64,000 bases of DNA from Octopus sinensis (Eukaryota). This document shows, piece by piece, positions 50,571 through 64,000 of this stretch. Where the stretch lies: the NCBI RefSeq assembly GCF_006345805.1, contig NC_042999.1, forward strand, positions 99,076,001 through 99,140,000, read 5' to 3'. The translations under genes and the position numbers were made by a program. Under the pieces are notes generated by a model that saw nothing but the letters and a program-made list of their open reading frames with translations, had not been told where the DNA came from and did no database searches. Position 1 is the first letter of the stretch; each line of letters opens with the position of its first letter.

Positions 50571-52049
50571 CATCATATACATACTTTCCAAATTGCTGTC
50601 AATTTTATTCAGAGTTACTCCCCTCCTAGATGGGCTGCAGGACCACATTTCATTTGTACATTTCAGTTTGGGTTTGGTTTTTTTCTGTTGGATGCCATTC
50701 CTATCACCAGCCATTGTACAAAAGGTACTGGGTGCATTTTATTGTAGAAATTGTACTAGACAGATTGTTATGTCATCTACAAGACTAAAGGGTTTGATCA
50801 ACAACACAACTAATACATGTTGTGAAGTGGTGGGCATTTGTCAAGCACTTTACAAAGTATGCCTGTAAAGTGGGGTTGTCTTGCACCTCCTTAAATTAAA
50901 GAGTTCCCACTAATTTAGGATTTGTTTATTCACTTAGGGCTACATTACAGAGAAGGAAAGATAATAGAAATGCGAGTAAAGGAGTAAAAGTATGATGGGA
51001 GAGAGAGAGAGAGAGAGAAATTAGGGTGACATGGATGAAAGGGACAGACAGTGATGGATACTACTGAAGATAGTCACTTGTGGGTGTCAATAACAAGTGG
51101 TTGTACAGAGAAAGGGTCATGGAAGTGTGTACTGGATATAAGCAGGTCTGAGAGAATGCCTTGTACACAGGTTTAGGGGTAAGAATGATGCTATATAGGG
51201 TAAAGGGATTGAAATATGGATAAGTTTAGTACTATCCCTTGTTACACAAACTGCATTTGTCAACCCAGAACTATAGTAGGAGGCATTTACTCATGGTGCT
51301 ACACAGTGTGGTTATACCCACAACCACTTGGTCACAAAGCAAACATCTTCATGATACAGCCATGCTTGTGCTATATTAGAAAGGATTTTCTATTTGTGCA
51401 AACGATGTCATAAGTTCAAGAACCATTTTAAGCTGCATCCACAATAGGTAACAAGAAAGGCAGGCACTAGAAAATATCTATGTAACTTTATATTTAGTTG
51501 AAAAATATTCTATTTTAAGAAGAAAAGATGACTGCTTTATATCAACACTTTGGTTTCTATTGTAAGCTGAAATCTCTTGTATATGTATGCACACATACAT
51601 ACATTATACATAAAAAGCACCTGTCCCAGTGCAATGCAAATGCACCCATACTGGTGCAACACAAAATGCACCTAAGCCAGTGCCATGTAAGACCACTTAT
51701 GTCAGTTGTATGTAAAAAGCACCAGTACACTCTGTAAAGTGATTTGTATTTGGAAGGGAAACCAGTCATAGAAACCGTGTCAAAACACACAATTGGAGTC
51801 TAGGCTGCTCTCCAGCTGACAAGCTGCTGTCAAACCATTCAACCCATGCCAGCATGGAAAACAGATATTAAATGATGATGATGATGATGATATATATATA
51901 TATAAATCAAAAATAAAACCATTTGGTAATACTGAATTTATATATATTCTTTGCTTGGATTGTATCAATAGGCTTGGATGTTTGACATTCCTTTGGTAAA
52001 TATATTGTTGCTATGATTTAACTTATTTCTTTTATTTTGGTATTTTCAG

Positions 52050-52163
52050 CTTCATTGCTTACTGTGAACAATATGCAGAATTTGATGCCTTCAGCACAAC
52101 CCCTGAACCATCGAATCCTTGGATCTCTGATAATATAGAATTCTGGGAGCAGGAAAAAACTGT
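52050..52163 (+). CDS. RGS7: RGS exon, GGL domain C-terminal part ([37 protein letters not shown])
   Basis: tattttcag|C...ACTGT|gtatgt; 114 nt, phase 2-2; contains the GGL hallmark SNPW. Confidence 0.97.
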
Positions 52164-55100
52164 GTATGTTGCTTTCATTTAAATTTGATCCCTTTTATGC
52201 CACCAAAGTTGAAATTCATAAATATATACATAAACAATCTAAGGTTCTGTAAATTAGGAGGAAGGGGACTACCTTGAACATGTGATGCTTTAAAGAAACT
52301 TGTTTGCTTTTTTATATGAAATTCATCAGATAAATTTTATATAGCCCTGGTTATTTTTTATATATATTTTGGACCAAACAGCTCAGCCAACTCTCAATCA
52401 AATCTGACATTGAAGTTAATAACTACTGATTACACCAAAATATATGTTGAGCTAAGTTGAAAATCTTACAGACGTTTGTGAAAGCAGCTTATTTGCAAAT
52501 GCTAAGACAGCATTTTTATTCTGTTGTATATATGTATAGGGCCTCAGTTATAAGCAAAACAAACATTATTCTTGATATAATTATTTCATCCCCCTAAGGT
52601 CAGGTTTGCCTTTCATCCTTGCTGGATCAATAAAATTAAGTACCAGTCAAATATTGAAGTCAGTTTAATCAATTAACCCCTCCACACATATTATACCTAT
52701 GTAATAAATAACAACAACAACAACAGCAATAATAATACTGATGATGATGTTAATAAGTTTTAGATTCATTGGCCTAGACTGGCATGGGGTTTGGAATAGA
52801 TAAATGTGTGGTTCTAGTTATAAGGAGGTAATATCAGAAAGAGAAAAAGAGAAGCCTTACTCTCCTGGCTTGAAGTAAACTTTGGTGTTGTTTAATCCCA
52901 GATCTGTCTTTATTGAAGCTCTTTGATGAACAGCATTCCATTTGCAGCATTCTCCTCATTTGTGGCAACTTCAACATCAGGAACTATATTGTTCAGTGAA
53001 GCCTTTAATTAAAGGTATGATTTGTGGAGATTTAGCTGCATTTTTCAACTGGTCAAGTGACTACTGAATTGTGAATATTTAACAAGATTCAACATGTCTG
53101 CTGCTAAAAGTGTTCAATGTTAAAAAGTGCATTTTCTAAAATTACCATTCATCTATTATTTATGTAAATATATAGATTTCAAACAAATCAAAAGCTTATG
53201 AAAGACTGGTGTAATTTGGTATAAAAAACAATATATATTTTGAATAGTTTTTTTTTATTTAGAATAAGATTGTTCTCATCCATTATTTAAAGTATTTTGT
53301 TTTGCATACTTTAGCAAAATATTCTTAGTGCATATATATGTCTACAAATTATCTGACAATTTATAGATAGTTAAAACTGCTCAGAATGTTAGACTAAAGA
53401 TCTAAAGGTCTATGGTTCAATCTTGTGTTTTAACATGTTGATATTTTCACTCTTGAAATTATTAGTGATTGAAATTTCTATAGTTCAACTAACAGAGGTG
53501 ATAGAAGATGTGATTTTTGTGACATATATATGTATTGACACATAGCCATTATTATAAGATTGTAGATATGGATAGGCAGTATCATTAAAGTGTCAGAAAA
53601 ATGCCTTGCATTATTTAACTACAGCCCTTTTCATTCTGAAGTCAATTCCTATCAAAGTTAACTTTTCCTTTCACCTTTCAGGGATTTATAGTATAAATAA
53701 GAGTACTGTAATGAGCTTTATTTATTTAAGTACACTCTACACATTTGTAGTTTTGTGCTGTATTTAGAAATCATTTTTATTAATATTTTTATTTGGATTT
53801 AAGTGTGATGAGTTAGGAGAATCAGTAGAGTGTCAGACATAATGCATTGCATTATTTTGTGAGAACCCTTTTCATTCTGAGTTTAAATAGCATGAAGTCA
53901 ACTAAGTCTGTCAATCTTTTCAAGATTGATAGACTAACATACCAATCAATCAATAACATACCAATCACTGGGGTTGATATGATCAACTCTACTTATTTCC
54001 TTAATTTCCTTTTATATTTGTTGTTGATGATAATAACCTGAGGACTTTTACATGACTAATTTAAGTCAACATAATACCTGAATTTTTTCATAAATTCTAA
54101 CATGCTTCAAGTACTTGGTCTTATTATAAATTCATTTACTAGAGAAGTGAGTACTACTAAATGAATAAAGCATATAAAGTAAATTAGATGTAATATATCA
54201 GAAAAACGACACAAACTGGGATTCACATATATAAATATCATTTAGCTACTAACAGAAAACTGCTCACTGAATGGTTTGTCTGCTAAATAATGACCTCAAA
54301 TTTTGGAACAAGGCCATCAATTTTGGGGGAGGTGGGTAGATGATTACATTGGCCCCAGTACTCAACTGGTACTTATCTTATTGACCCAGAAAAGATGAAA
54401 GGCAAAGCTGATCTCAGTGGAATTTGAAACCAGAATGCAAAGATGGGCAATATGTCACTACACATTTTGCCTGGTATGCTAACGGTTATGCCAACTTATC
54501 ACCTTTAAATAATAATGATAAGAAGAAGAAGTAGAAGAAGAAGAAGTAGAGGAAGAAGAAGAAGAAAAGAGGAAGAAGAAGAATGCAGTTTATCTTGAAA
54601 AGAATATCAAAAACATTTGCAGCAAATTTGAAATAAGGAGGTGATCCAATGCATTCTTTCTTGGAAACCCTGTTCTTACAAAGCAAGAAAGACCAAACTA
54701 ATAACTATCTTATAAATACATGAATACATAATAATATAATAATAATAATAATAATAATTGTGTACAGTGCTCAGGTGCACTACAACTCATCTAAAGTGTA
54801 TACATAATCATGTGTAGTTTCGGCGGATTTCGGAAAGCATGAGGGCCTTAAAGGATGCAGTGTCCAATGAGTTATAGCAGTCAAATTTCTCTCTACTCAT
54901 TCCCTACAATTTTGTGAAAAAATGGAAGAACATATTGGATAATACAGTTCTTGATATAGAAAAAAATATTTTGGTTATAACCAGAATGCTTTTGATCAGG
55001 GATGACTTGGTGCTAATCAAAAAAAAAAAAAATGTATTGGCAATGAATAATGAAATGAAGGGTTTACAATAAGGGTTGTTGTAGCGGGATAGTTATTGTG

Positions 55101-55334
55101 TAACAGGAGAGATACCAGATGTATATTCCATATTCCATAGATTTAAGTTGATGTTTTAGAAGAGATGTATATATCCATCAATGTTTATGAAACCAAAAGC
55201 CATTGTAGTTGTGAAAGAAAACAGGAAGGAGGAATACATGAAAAGATTTTTTAATTTTATTTATCATTCCTTGAGTTTAATCATTTTTGTGGGGAATGAG
55301 GATTAAGTCTTTTTTTTTCTTCTCTTATTTGCAG

Positions 55335-55466
55335 AAATCCCAAAGACATTCCACCACGGCGTGTGAAACGGTGGGGTTTTACTATTGAAGAGGTTCTCAC
55401 TGACCAGGCTGGAGTTGAACAGTTTAGTAAGTTCCTTGATAAGGAATTCAGTGGAGAAAATCTTAA
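55335..55466 (+). CDS. RGS7: RGS exon, start of RGS domain (NPKDIPPRRVKRWGF...KFLDKEFSGENL)
   Basis: tatttgcag|A...CTTAA|gtaagc; 132 nt, phase 2-2; RVKRW and EFSxENL motifs. Confidence 0.97.
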
Positions 55467-55789
55467 GTAAGCCTTCTTGATTTTTTAATGAATTAATTTT
55501 CCTCTTTGTTAACTAAAAATTTTTCTGTTTTGTATTTTAATTTATTTTGTGTGAGTTAATCTTTTCTCATTTTAATTCCTCAACCTTGCCCTTGACACTT
55601 CATTTTATTTTGTAAATCAACATAGAAATGACAAGTTTCTCCTTTAGATAAAATGAAAATCTATTGCAAATAGAGAATATCATCCATTTGCATTCTGCCT
55701 TCTTCTGATTGAAAGGAAAACTTTCAAGTGAGCTCTACAAGGTCATATCTCAGATGGAGTACATTTGTAAGAAGTCTTTCTCTGTATAC

Positions 55790-56830
55790 ATCCTACCCAT
55801 ATGCAGCTAGATGAATTGAGCAGCTGTAAATAACTATTGTTCCAATGATGGTATACAACTGAAGGAGGTCACTGACTTCAAAAACCTTGGCTTCTATGTT
55901 GCTGACCATATGAAAGACTTCCTGATACACAAGGTAAAGACATGAAGTGGCTATAACAAACTTCAAACCATCATGCAATTATTAAGTTACTTAATTTCAA
56001 TGAAGCTGGATTTATACAGGTTATGTAGAGAGAATTCTCCTCTATAGAAATAAAACTTTGGCAATAAAAAAGAACATATTTTTCATCTTTAATCTTTTAC
56101 TTGTTTCAGTCATTTGACTGCAGCCATTCTGGAGCATCACCTTGAATGAAGGGTTTTAGTCAAACAAATCAACCCCAGGATATTTTTTTATTTTAAAGCC
56201 TGATACTTATTCTAACAGTGTCTTTTGGCGAACTGCTAAGCTATGAGAATGCAAACACACCAACATTGGTTGTCAAGTGGTGGTGGGGATGCAGAAACCG
56301 ACACAATGACACACACACTAAGATACATACATTTATATGTTTGTATATATGTGTATATGTTTCTGTCTACCTAATCTACTCACAAGGCTTTGGAAGGCCC
56401 AAGTCTATAGCAGAAGACACTTGCCCAAGGTGCCATGCAATGGGACTGAACCCAGAACTATGTAGTTTGGAAGCAAGCTTCTTACTACACAGCCACACCT
56501 GTGCAGCTGTGTAGTATACCAAACTTTTCATAACTTCATATGATATGGACACAGGATTAAAGAGAAGATTTATTGTTTCATTCTATCCATCTCTACTATT
56601 GTTGCTCAATACAGAGTAGGTTTTACTGGTTACTATTATTGTACCGAACATCAGGCAATATTGGATGTTATATTTTGGTGAATTCTACAACCCAATAGAG
56701 GATGAAGACCATTCAACTACTACGTTGATGGTTTTTTGCAAAGATACACAACATTAACCTGAGGAAGTACCAAAGCTAGGTTGAAGCAGAAATCCTTGGT
56801 GCAATGTTATAAAATACATCTCAGTTGGAG
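55790..56830 (+). mobile_element. RTE-type LINE fragment split by a minus-strand SINE (about 56085-56504)
   Basis: Left part reads GIQLKEVTDFKNLGFYVAD...KDFLIHKVKT*SGYNKL; right part reads IVAQYRVGFTGY...LDVIFW. These are collinear parts of an RTE ORF2. Confidence 0.65.
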
Positions 56831-56969
56831 ACACTCAATGAAAGAAAACTGATTTAATTTAGGGCCTGCTCCCCCACCCACTTCATTCTCCTCTCTTTTG
56901 TCTCCCCTCCTCTGCTTCCCCCTTTCCCCTTCCCACTTCTTTCCTTCCAGCACTATTTTCTCTCCCCCT

Positions 56970-57028
56970 CCTCTTCCTCCTCCTCCTCCTCCTTCTTCTT
57001 CTTCTTCTTCTTCTTCTTCTTCTTCTTC
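56970..57028. repeat. (CCT)n(TTC)n microsatellite
   Basis: Direct inspection. Confidence 0.9.
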
Positions 57029-57525
57029 TGCCTGAAAAACAATCTTTGTCTGTGTGTCATTTTTTTAAAAATCTAAAATTGCAATTCTTGAAAAAAATCA
57101 TTCCTTGGTGTCATAAAATTTTATGGATTCTCTTAGTTTCCAACTGTTGTTTAAGGCAAAATGTAAAAAAAAAAATTAACTTGTGCTGAATAATTTCTCT
57201 TATTTTTTTTCAGATTTGAGGTTTATTTTTATATTTTGGAAAAAAGTTATAATTATTTCTTGATCTCTTAGAAATGCTATGGATTTTCTCCAATCCCTCC
57301 TACGGTGTAATACAAAATATAATGAATTCTAACTTGCACCAGGCATTTTATCCTTTTCTTAAATTTTTTGCTACCATATTTTATTTGTTTTTGTTTTAGT
57401 TCTTCTTTTTATTCTTCCCTTCTCATAGAATTTCACACTTTCTTTAGTAACATCTTTGCTGCTGTGCAAAACAAATAGGTTCTTAAATAGAACTGAATAT
57501 TTTCAATCCTTTTTTTTCTTTCCAG

Positions 57526-57600
57526 ATTTTGGTTAGCATGTAAAGATCTGAGAGGATTATCCCTGAGAGAAGTAAACACCAGAGTTCTAGATATATATAA
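57526..57600 (+). CDS. RGS7: RGS exon, RGS domain (FWLACKDLRGLSLREVNTRVLDIY)
   Basis: tttttttctttccag|A...TATAA|gtaagt; 75 nt, phase 2-2; FWLA motif. Confidence 0.97.
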
Positions 57601-57704
57601 GTAAGTAGATCACAGCTACTCTGTTTTCTGGAAACTTCCACCTAATTTCATCCACATTTGTAATCAGAAAGTGCACCCCATAAATTCTTACTACATAGAT
57701 GCAG

Positions 57705-58493
57705 GCATGGCTGTATGGACAGAAGTTTGCTTTCCAACCACATGGTTGCTATAGCCTCAGGTTGACCAAAAGATTGTGAGTGGATTTGGAAGACAGAAAC
57801 TGAATGAAGCTCATAATATATGTATACACTCACACACACACACACATATATATATATTTAGATATATATATATGGTGGTTGTTTATGCCTTATGCAGAGT
57901 CTGACCACCTCTCGTACCTACACCTTAGATCCATCATGGTGTCTGATGTGGCTTTTTTAAAACCAGACAATGCACTGAAAAGACACCTACATAGATTGCA
58001 TATCTGATTTGGACCACCAAGAGCAGCAGTTAAGTTCTGATCTTTCAGGATCTTAAAATGTCTTTTGAGGCCTCTGTTAGATTTGAAGATCTTATGGCAC
58101 ACACGGCATTGAAAGGTGTGCACAGATATATAGGCAGAATAGTTGGTGGAGGTTCATTTTTCATGGGTTCACAAATGAGATTTGAATCCAGCAAAAGAAA
58201 AACAAGGTCTGTCACAAACTGTGTCACCGAGATTCACCTTCTCGATTGCAACATTCTTCTTTAAATCTTTCTTGAGTCTTGCATGTGTTATCCTGGCCTC
58301 TTCATATGCTTGTGTGTGTTGTGTGTGTGTTTGTCTTTGTCTCACGTTATTGCTTGACAACTGATGTTTTGGCTAAAGAGACCAGTAGAATAAGTACCAG
58401 GCTCAAAAAAAAATGTACTGGGGCCAATTCGTTCAACTAAAATACTTCAAGGGAATGCCCCAGCATGGCCACAGTCAAATGACTGAAACAAGA

Positions 58494-58495
<2 letters not shown>
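57705..58495 (+). mobile_element. SINE interrupted in its microsatellite region by the LINE fragment at 57880-58310
   Basis: SINE head at 57705-57810; body and tail resume at about 58310-58495. Confidence 0.7.
57880..58310 (-). mobile_element. RTE-like LINE ORF2 C-terminus with tandem C2H2-like zinc fingers
   Basis: A single frame reads AYEEARITHARLKKDLKK...VCDRPCFSFAGFKSHL*THEK*...FQCRVCHKIFKSNRGLKRHFKI...ICNLCRCLFSALSG; both TGA stops are consistent with decay of CGA. Confidence 0.65.
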
Positions 58496-58530
<35 letters not shown>

Positions 58531-58534
<4 letters not shown>

Positions 58535-58602
58535 GCTATTTAAGTATATGTATATAATGCTATTTAAGTATATGTATATAATACTATTTAAGTATATGTA
58601 TA
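58531..58602. repeat. 24-bp tandem repeat x3
   Basis: taatgctatttaagtatatgtata at 58531, 58555 and 58579. Confidence 0.9.
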
Positions 58603-58614
58603 CATTATAAGGTT

Positions 58615-58850
58615 GAGGCACATGACTTAGTGGTCAGTGTGTTGCACTCATGATTGTAAGATTGTGGTTTTGATTCCTGGACTATTCATTCATTGTATTT
58701 TTGAGCAGAACACATCACCTCATGTTGCTCAAGTCCACTCAGCTGACAAAAATGAATAATCCTGTGATGGGCTGATGTCCTGTCCAAGAGGGAATTTATA
58801 TTTCTCAGAATCTGGGAAACCAGGCTTATGAGCTAATGACTTGGTAAGGA
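58615..58850 (+). mobile_element. Older tRNA-derived SINE (third family)
   Basis: tRNA-like head cacatgacttagtggtcag...ttgattcctgg then tgagcagaacac...tccactcagctg; a related remnant lies at about 7480-7720. Confidence 0.55.
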
Positions 58851-60081
58851 TCTTTGATCCTCCTTTTTTTGTATGTATAGAAGTATGTCTCCAAGAGGTT
58901 CACATGTGATGTTCTGCACTTAATTTAACTGTGGGGCAGGCACCTTCAGGAAGAGCCCTCTATTATAGCCTTGGGTTGACCCAAGCCTCATGAGGGAAAT
59001 TATGTAGGATCCTATCGGATAGCCTGTACTTGAAATTCAAAGGCCAGCTTTGTTACAATCAAAGTTAAGTGCTTAATCATTGTGTTAAGGTAACAAGTGT
59101 AAGTGGAATGATCATCCATAAACACTATTAGAACCTCATTCTTTGGAAGTGAATGGAAATCCATTCATGTATGCATGCACCACTACCACATGACTCGTGA
59201 CCATTTCAACCTCTCTCATCCTCTTTTGCTTTACCATTGACCAGGTTGGTCATGTTTCCTTGTGCTCCTACACTTTTTCTACATGGTTTGTTTACTTCTT
59301 TCATTATGACATTCTATCTGCCTCTCTCTCATCTCTTGTCTTACAGGACATCTTCATTTTCTTTTGTTGTATACAAATAGTTATTACGAATAGTTATAAA
59401 TATTTTATTTTCTGTTTGTTTTTGTCATTTTCCTGTATGCTCATTTGGTTGTGCTATTGGGATTGCCAAAAGTGAACAATATCAATGTTAAAAGGTGTGA
59501 AATTGTTAGGATCTTTTGAATGTTGACTGATGAAGAATTAACTGCAAATTTTCTGATTGTTATGTTTTTGTTAATTTTTCCATTTGCTGTGTTTTTGTTA
59601 AATTTTTGAAATTATATATATGATGATGATGATGATGATGATATATATATATATATATCATCATCATCATCGTTTAACGTCTGCTTTCCATGCTAGCATG
59701 GGTTGGACGGTTCAACTGGGGTCTGGGATGCCAGAAGGCTGCACCAGGCCCAGTCTGATCTGGCAGTGTTTCTACAGCTGGATGCCCTTCCTAACAGCAA
59801 CCACTCCGTGAGTGTAGTGGGTGCTTTTTACATGCCAGACGAGGCTGGCAAATGGCCATGATCGGATGGTGCCTTTTACGTGCCACTGGCACAGGGGCCA
59901 GATGAGGCTGGCAACGGCCATGATCAGATGGTGCTTTTTACGTGCCACCGGCACAGAGGCAATCAGGACTGCGCTGGCTATGGCCACGTTCGGATGGTTC
60001 TCTTACGTGCCACCAGCACTGGTATCACAGCTCCAAATTCCATTGATGTTGATCAATTTTGATTTTAATTTTGAGATAGAC

Positions 60082-60116
<35 letters not shown>

Positions 60117-62708
60117 TGCATACATAAATGCATACATATAAGGAGCTTTGAACCGAGGTAGTACGTTTAGTGTCTGGCAGTTGCATCTTGCCAGTAATAG
60201 GTGTACAGGCCTCAATTCTGCCAATTCACCAAAGACAGTAGAAGACTGAGAAGTGGCAAAATCTGGTTGTGTCATCATCAACAAATGCTCCAGTGACCAA
60301 ACAGTCAAGGCACACAAAGGAAGGATACACACACACATGTATGCATATACAACTTGCCCCAACCCAGTTTACATATACCAAATTTCATTCACTGTCACAT
60401 AAAAAGCACCCACTACACTCATGGAGTGGTTGGTGTTAGGAAGGGCATCCAACTGTAGAAACACTGCCAGATCAGACTGGAGCCTGGCGCAGCCTCCTGG
60501 CTTCCCAGACCACGGTGGAACCATCCAACCCATGCTAGCATGGAAAACAGATGTTAAACGATGATGATGATGATGATGATGCCTTAGGCTATTGCCAAAG
60601 ACACTTACTCAAGATACCACAAAGAGATGGAACCCATAACCATATAGATATGAAGTGAAATCCAAAACCACACAGCCTTGCCTGAACTTGTATAGTCACA
60701 AATTTCAGTCATTAATATTTCATGTCCTTGCTTTCTGCCACATTCAGCAGTGTTTGTGTTGTAGCTGAAATTATCATAATTTGTTTTAGGTTTGTGTTGA
60801 TACATAGATACTATAGCCCATTCTTGGAGATGCACTTGCAGTACTCTAAAGAAAGCAATTGAATGATAACAAAAAAAATTTAGTAATTTAATATCAAATA
60901 TTAGCTTCTCTTAAATTATGCAGGATACTAGAAATGCAATAACATTTATCAAACTACTTTTTAAAGTAGGTCTGTAGTTTACTTTTCTCTCATTGCACTA
61001 AAACACAAATATTTTGATTAAAGAGCTTCACACTCAGAAATTTTGTCAAATTTTTTTATTTCAGTTATTTATTCTAAAATGGAAGGGCCTTGTTGTTTTT
61101 AACTTCTTACACTCGGTGGATCAGGATAAATAGATGAATTTATGAATTCTTACTTCTGATTACCAATTTTACATCTATTTTGAAAAGTGATGGAAATTAG
61201 CTTTGAAAACCTCATGTCTACTAAATCTGGAATTAAGAGCTGTATGAGAGCTGTGAAAGAGTTTAGTTCAGATGGAAGCCATCTGGTACAGGTTAGACAC
61301 ATTTAATTAGCAGAAACTTGGCAAAGTTAAAGCAAATTTGCATCATATTATAAAAAAAGTAAACAAAAACTTAGCAACAAATTTGTATATTAAGAATTAG
61401 CTATATATCACTTACCAAGCTTTCTCTTTCCTAATGAATCCTTTTGGTGTTGTAAATTCTAAAGTGTATATATGTGCATGTTTGTTTGTATATTTCAGTG
61501 TATATGTGTGTGGGTTTTAAGTTAGGCAATCATACTTAAGATGATAAGCCAAAAATAATTTTTAATCAGCTGAAATTTTAATTGTAATGGGAATAGTCAT
61601 TAGTATTAATGAAAATTACTTTCAAAAGAGGTAAGGGAGATAACTCAGCAGACCAAACATTAAATGGAGATCTGTAGGGGATGGGTGAAACTTATGTTTG
61701 GTAGCTATGGGAATGACTCCACACATATTTCAGTCTTATTAGAGCTTGCTAGCAAAGCTTATTCCAAACAAAACTACCAAGACCTCTGAAAGACTAATGT
61801 ATATAGCATGTTTATGCATGGACAGTGTAAAAAATTTAAAAGAAAGAAACAAAACCAACAAATAAGGGTCAAATTTGTGGGTTGCATTGTAAACAAGTAC
61901 AAAAATGAAATCCCTGTTAAAGCTAAAGTATCATCAATAGTATGTCTGCAACATTTAATAACTAATGTCTAATAACACCAGCTATAAAAATCATGCCAAA
62001 ACAGACCTTGCTGGTGCTTGTGCCACGTAAAAAAGCACCCAGTCCACTCTGTAAAAGTCAAGCCAAAACATACAGTAGAGCTCGGTACAGTCCTCTGGCT
62101 TGCCAGTTCCTATCAAACTGTCCAGTCCAAGCCAGCATGGAAAACGGATGTTAAATGATGATGATAATGATATCAGATATGGTTGTGTGGTTACAAATTC
62201 ACTTTTAGCCACATAGTTTGGGGTTCAGTGACAATATGCAGCACCTAGAAAAAATATCTTCTACTCTAGCCACAGGCTAATCAATGATCATATAATTCAT
62301 ATTAGTCATATTGGTAGATGGAAACTGTGTGGAAGCCTGTCATCCTCATCATCACCATCATTGTTTTACTGTCCACAATCCCAGGCTTGCATGGATCAGA
62401 TTAAATTCATTGAAGCAAATTATCTATGGCTGGATGTCCTTCCTGTTGCCAACACTCACCTGTTTCGAAGCAAGGTAAATATTTACCCCATGACCAAGCA
62501 CATTTTCATGGAAGATTGAAAAAGAATGCCACTACCTGTGATGGTGTCATACATACATTCATGCATGCACACACACACACACACAACACACACATGCATA
62601 CATACATACATACACACACACATGCATACATACACACACAATTCTTTTTTGCAATTGTGGATCTTGAATCACACAAAGCTATATATTATAGCATGTAAAT
62701 AGTGGTAT

Positions 62709-62782
<74 letters not shown>

Positions 62783-63474
62783 AACATAATTAAGGGATTA
62801 ATGTTGCTTCACCACATACCCCGAAAATTTAGAAATAGCAGTCAAAAACTACTAATTCTTCTACTACCCTATATCTATAATATATATATATATACACACA
62901 CACACACATGCACACACATATAAACATGTATATATGTGTGTCTGTGCATATGTGTCTATATGTGTGTGTGGATGCGTGAGTGTGGTGCGCATTTATGTGA
63001 ATATTGTCTGGCCTCTTGTGTCACTGCTTGAGCAAAACAGTGCAGTAATGTTTACATTCTTTGTTATCATGATGACCAGTTACTCTGCACTCTCAAAGAA
63101 CAGCGGAATAAAATATCACTCACTTCAGAAACATGCTAGATTCAATGATAAGAATGGCATCCAGCCATAAAATGCTGCTTTAGATATGTTCTTTTCTGAT
63201 CAATGAATAAATAACTGAAAAGATTCTGAACCAAAATATAGTCATTTGATTTGCTAGAAATAGAAACTCATCCTCCCTCATACTATATTGAAAACAAATA
63301 TGTTGGATTGTGGAGTCAGAGGAACAACCGGAAATACCTTCTATGTAGGGATTACTTGAATGCCTGTGATTGTCAGTCTACTTGATTAAGGCTATATCAG
63401 AGACTAAGCAATAATAACAATTATAATGTCTGTTTTTATCATATTGAATTTGTATTGTATTTTCTTTCTTACAG

Positions 63475-63589
63475 AGAATTCCTTGCTCCTGGTTGTCATA
63501 ACCCAGTTAATGTGGATAGTACAATTGCTGAACTGGTAAGACGAAGAATAGAAAATAACCCTGATCGGTACTGCTTTGATGAAGCTCAG
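63475..63589 (+). CDS. RGS7: RGS exon, RGS domain (EFLAPGCHNPVNVDSTIAELVRRRIENNPDRYCFDEAQ)
   Basis: ttttctttcttacag|A...GCTCAG|gtatat; 115 nt, phase 2-0; EFLAPG, NVDS and FDEAQ motifs. Confidence 0.97.
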
Positions 63590-64000
63590 GTATATTTGAA
63601 CTATGATTTTAACTCAAGTCATTTAACCATTTAGCATTTCAACTGTGCATATCCAGCTCAAATATTACCCCTCTTTTACATTAAAACTGGGCAGATCTGG
63701 CATCTCAAAACTACATTACAATGCCATTCAAAAAATAAGCAGTCACCTCACTAACATCTCAAAGCTACAAGATAATGCATAATTAATTCATAACTATGTG
63801 AATAAATAAGCATTACATTTGACAGAATTGTTTGAATGCTAAAACGTTAAGATGGCCACTTGGCAGAATCACTAGCACATTGGATAAAGCTCTTAACAAC
63901 ATTTCTCCTACATTTCTACTTTCCGAGATCAAATCCTGCTGAGATCAAATTTGCCTCTCATCCTGTCATCCTTAGCGTTGGTTGATAAACTAAAGTACCA

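Larger units (their letters stand above)
13188..63589 (+). other. RGS7: Partial gene span of an R7-family RGS gene (RGS6/RGS7/EGL-10-like); linker, GGL and RGS-domain exons in window, 5' and 3' ends outside
   Basis: The spliced exons give [166 protein letters not shown]. This is GGL followed by RGS domain, as in RGS7/EGL-10. All introns are GT-AG with matching phases. Confidence 0.93.

Noticed and set aside
57214-57220. 7-nt putative microexon ATTTGAG upstream of exon 57526
   Set aside because: Weak donor (gtttat) and frameshifting; more likely a decoy acceptor.
57890-58123. Cellular C2H2 zinc-finger gene
   Set aside because: It is in frame with a LINE-like C-terminus, contains stops, has no splice signals and sits inside a SINE.
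59527-59560. CTGATGA with a 2-bp stem
   Set aside because: No GAAA in register and no stem I.
1108-63170. Most short ORFs in the supplied track (poly-IY, CV, HT, E/K, etc.)
   Set aside because: They derive from microsatellites, SINEs or palindromes.

Overview
AT-rich, microsatellite- and SINE-dense metazoan genomic DNA; the repeat families look like those of Octopus (inferred from sequence character, not a database search). The window lies inside one large plus-strand gene, an R7-family regulator of G-protein signalling (RGS6/RGS7/EGL-10-like). Five exons encoding the GGL domain and most of the RGS domain are clear, with consistent splice phases (43852-43913, 52050-52163, 55335-55466, 57526-57600, 63475-63589). 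Upstream there is a probable Ser-rich linker exon (13188-13277) and several candidate in-frame microexons. The DEP/DHEX exons and the 3' end fall outside the window. The introns hold tRNA-derived SINEs, fossil mariner and maT (DD37D) transposons, MITEs, RTE, CR1/jockey-like and R4-like LINE fragments, and Penelope-like pieces. The most striking signal is a set of minimal type I hammerhead ribozyme motifs (CUGANGA...GAAA...GUH with paired stems). I count eight, from intact to decayed. Several sit in or between long inverted repeats, including a perfect 263-bp palindrome with a hammerhead in each arm. This points to a hammerhead-bearing, Penelope-derived foldback retroelement system in the introns of a probable neuronal gene. 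Most ORFs in the supplied track are microsatellite artefacts.
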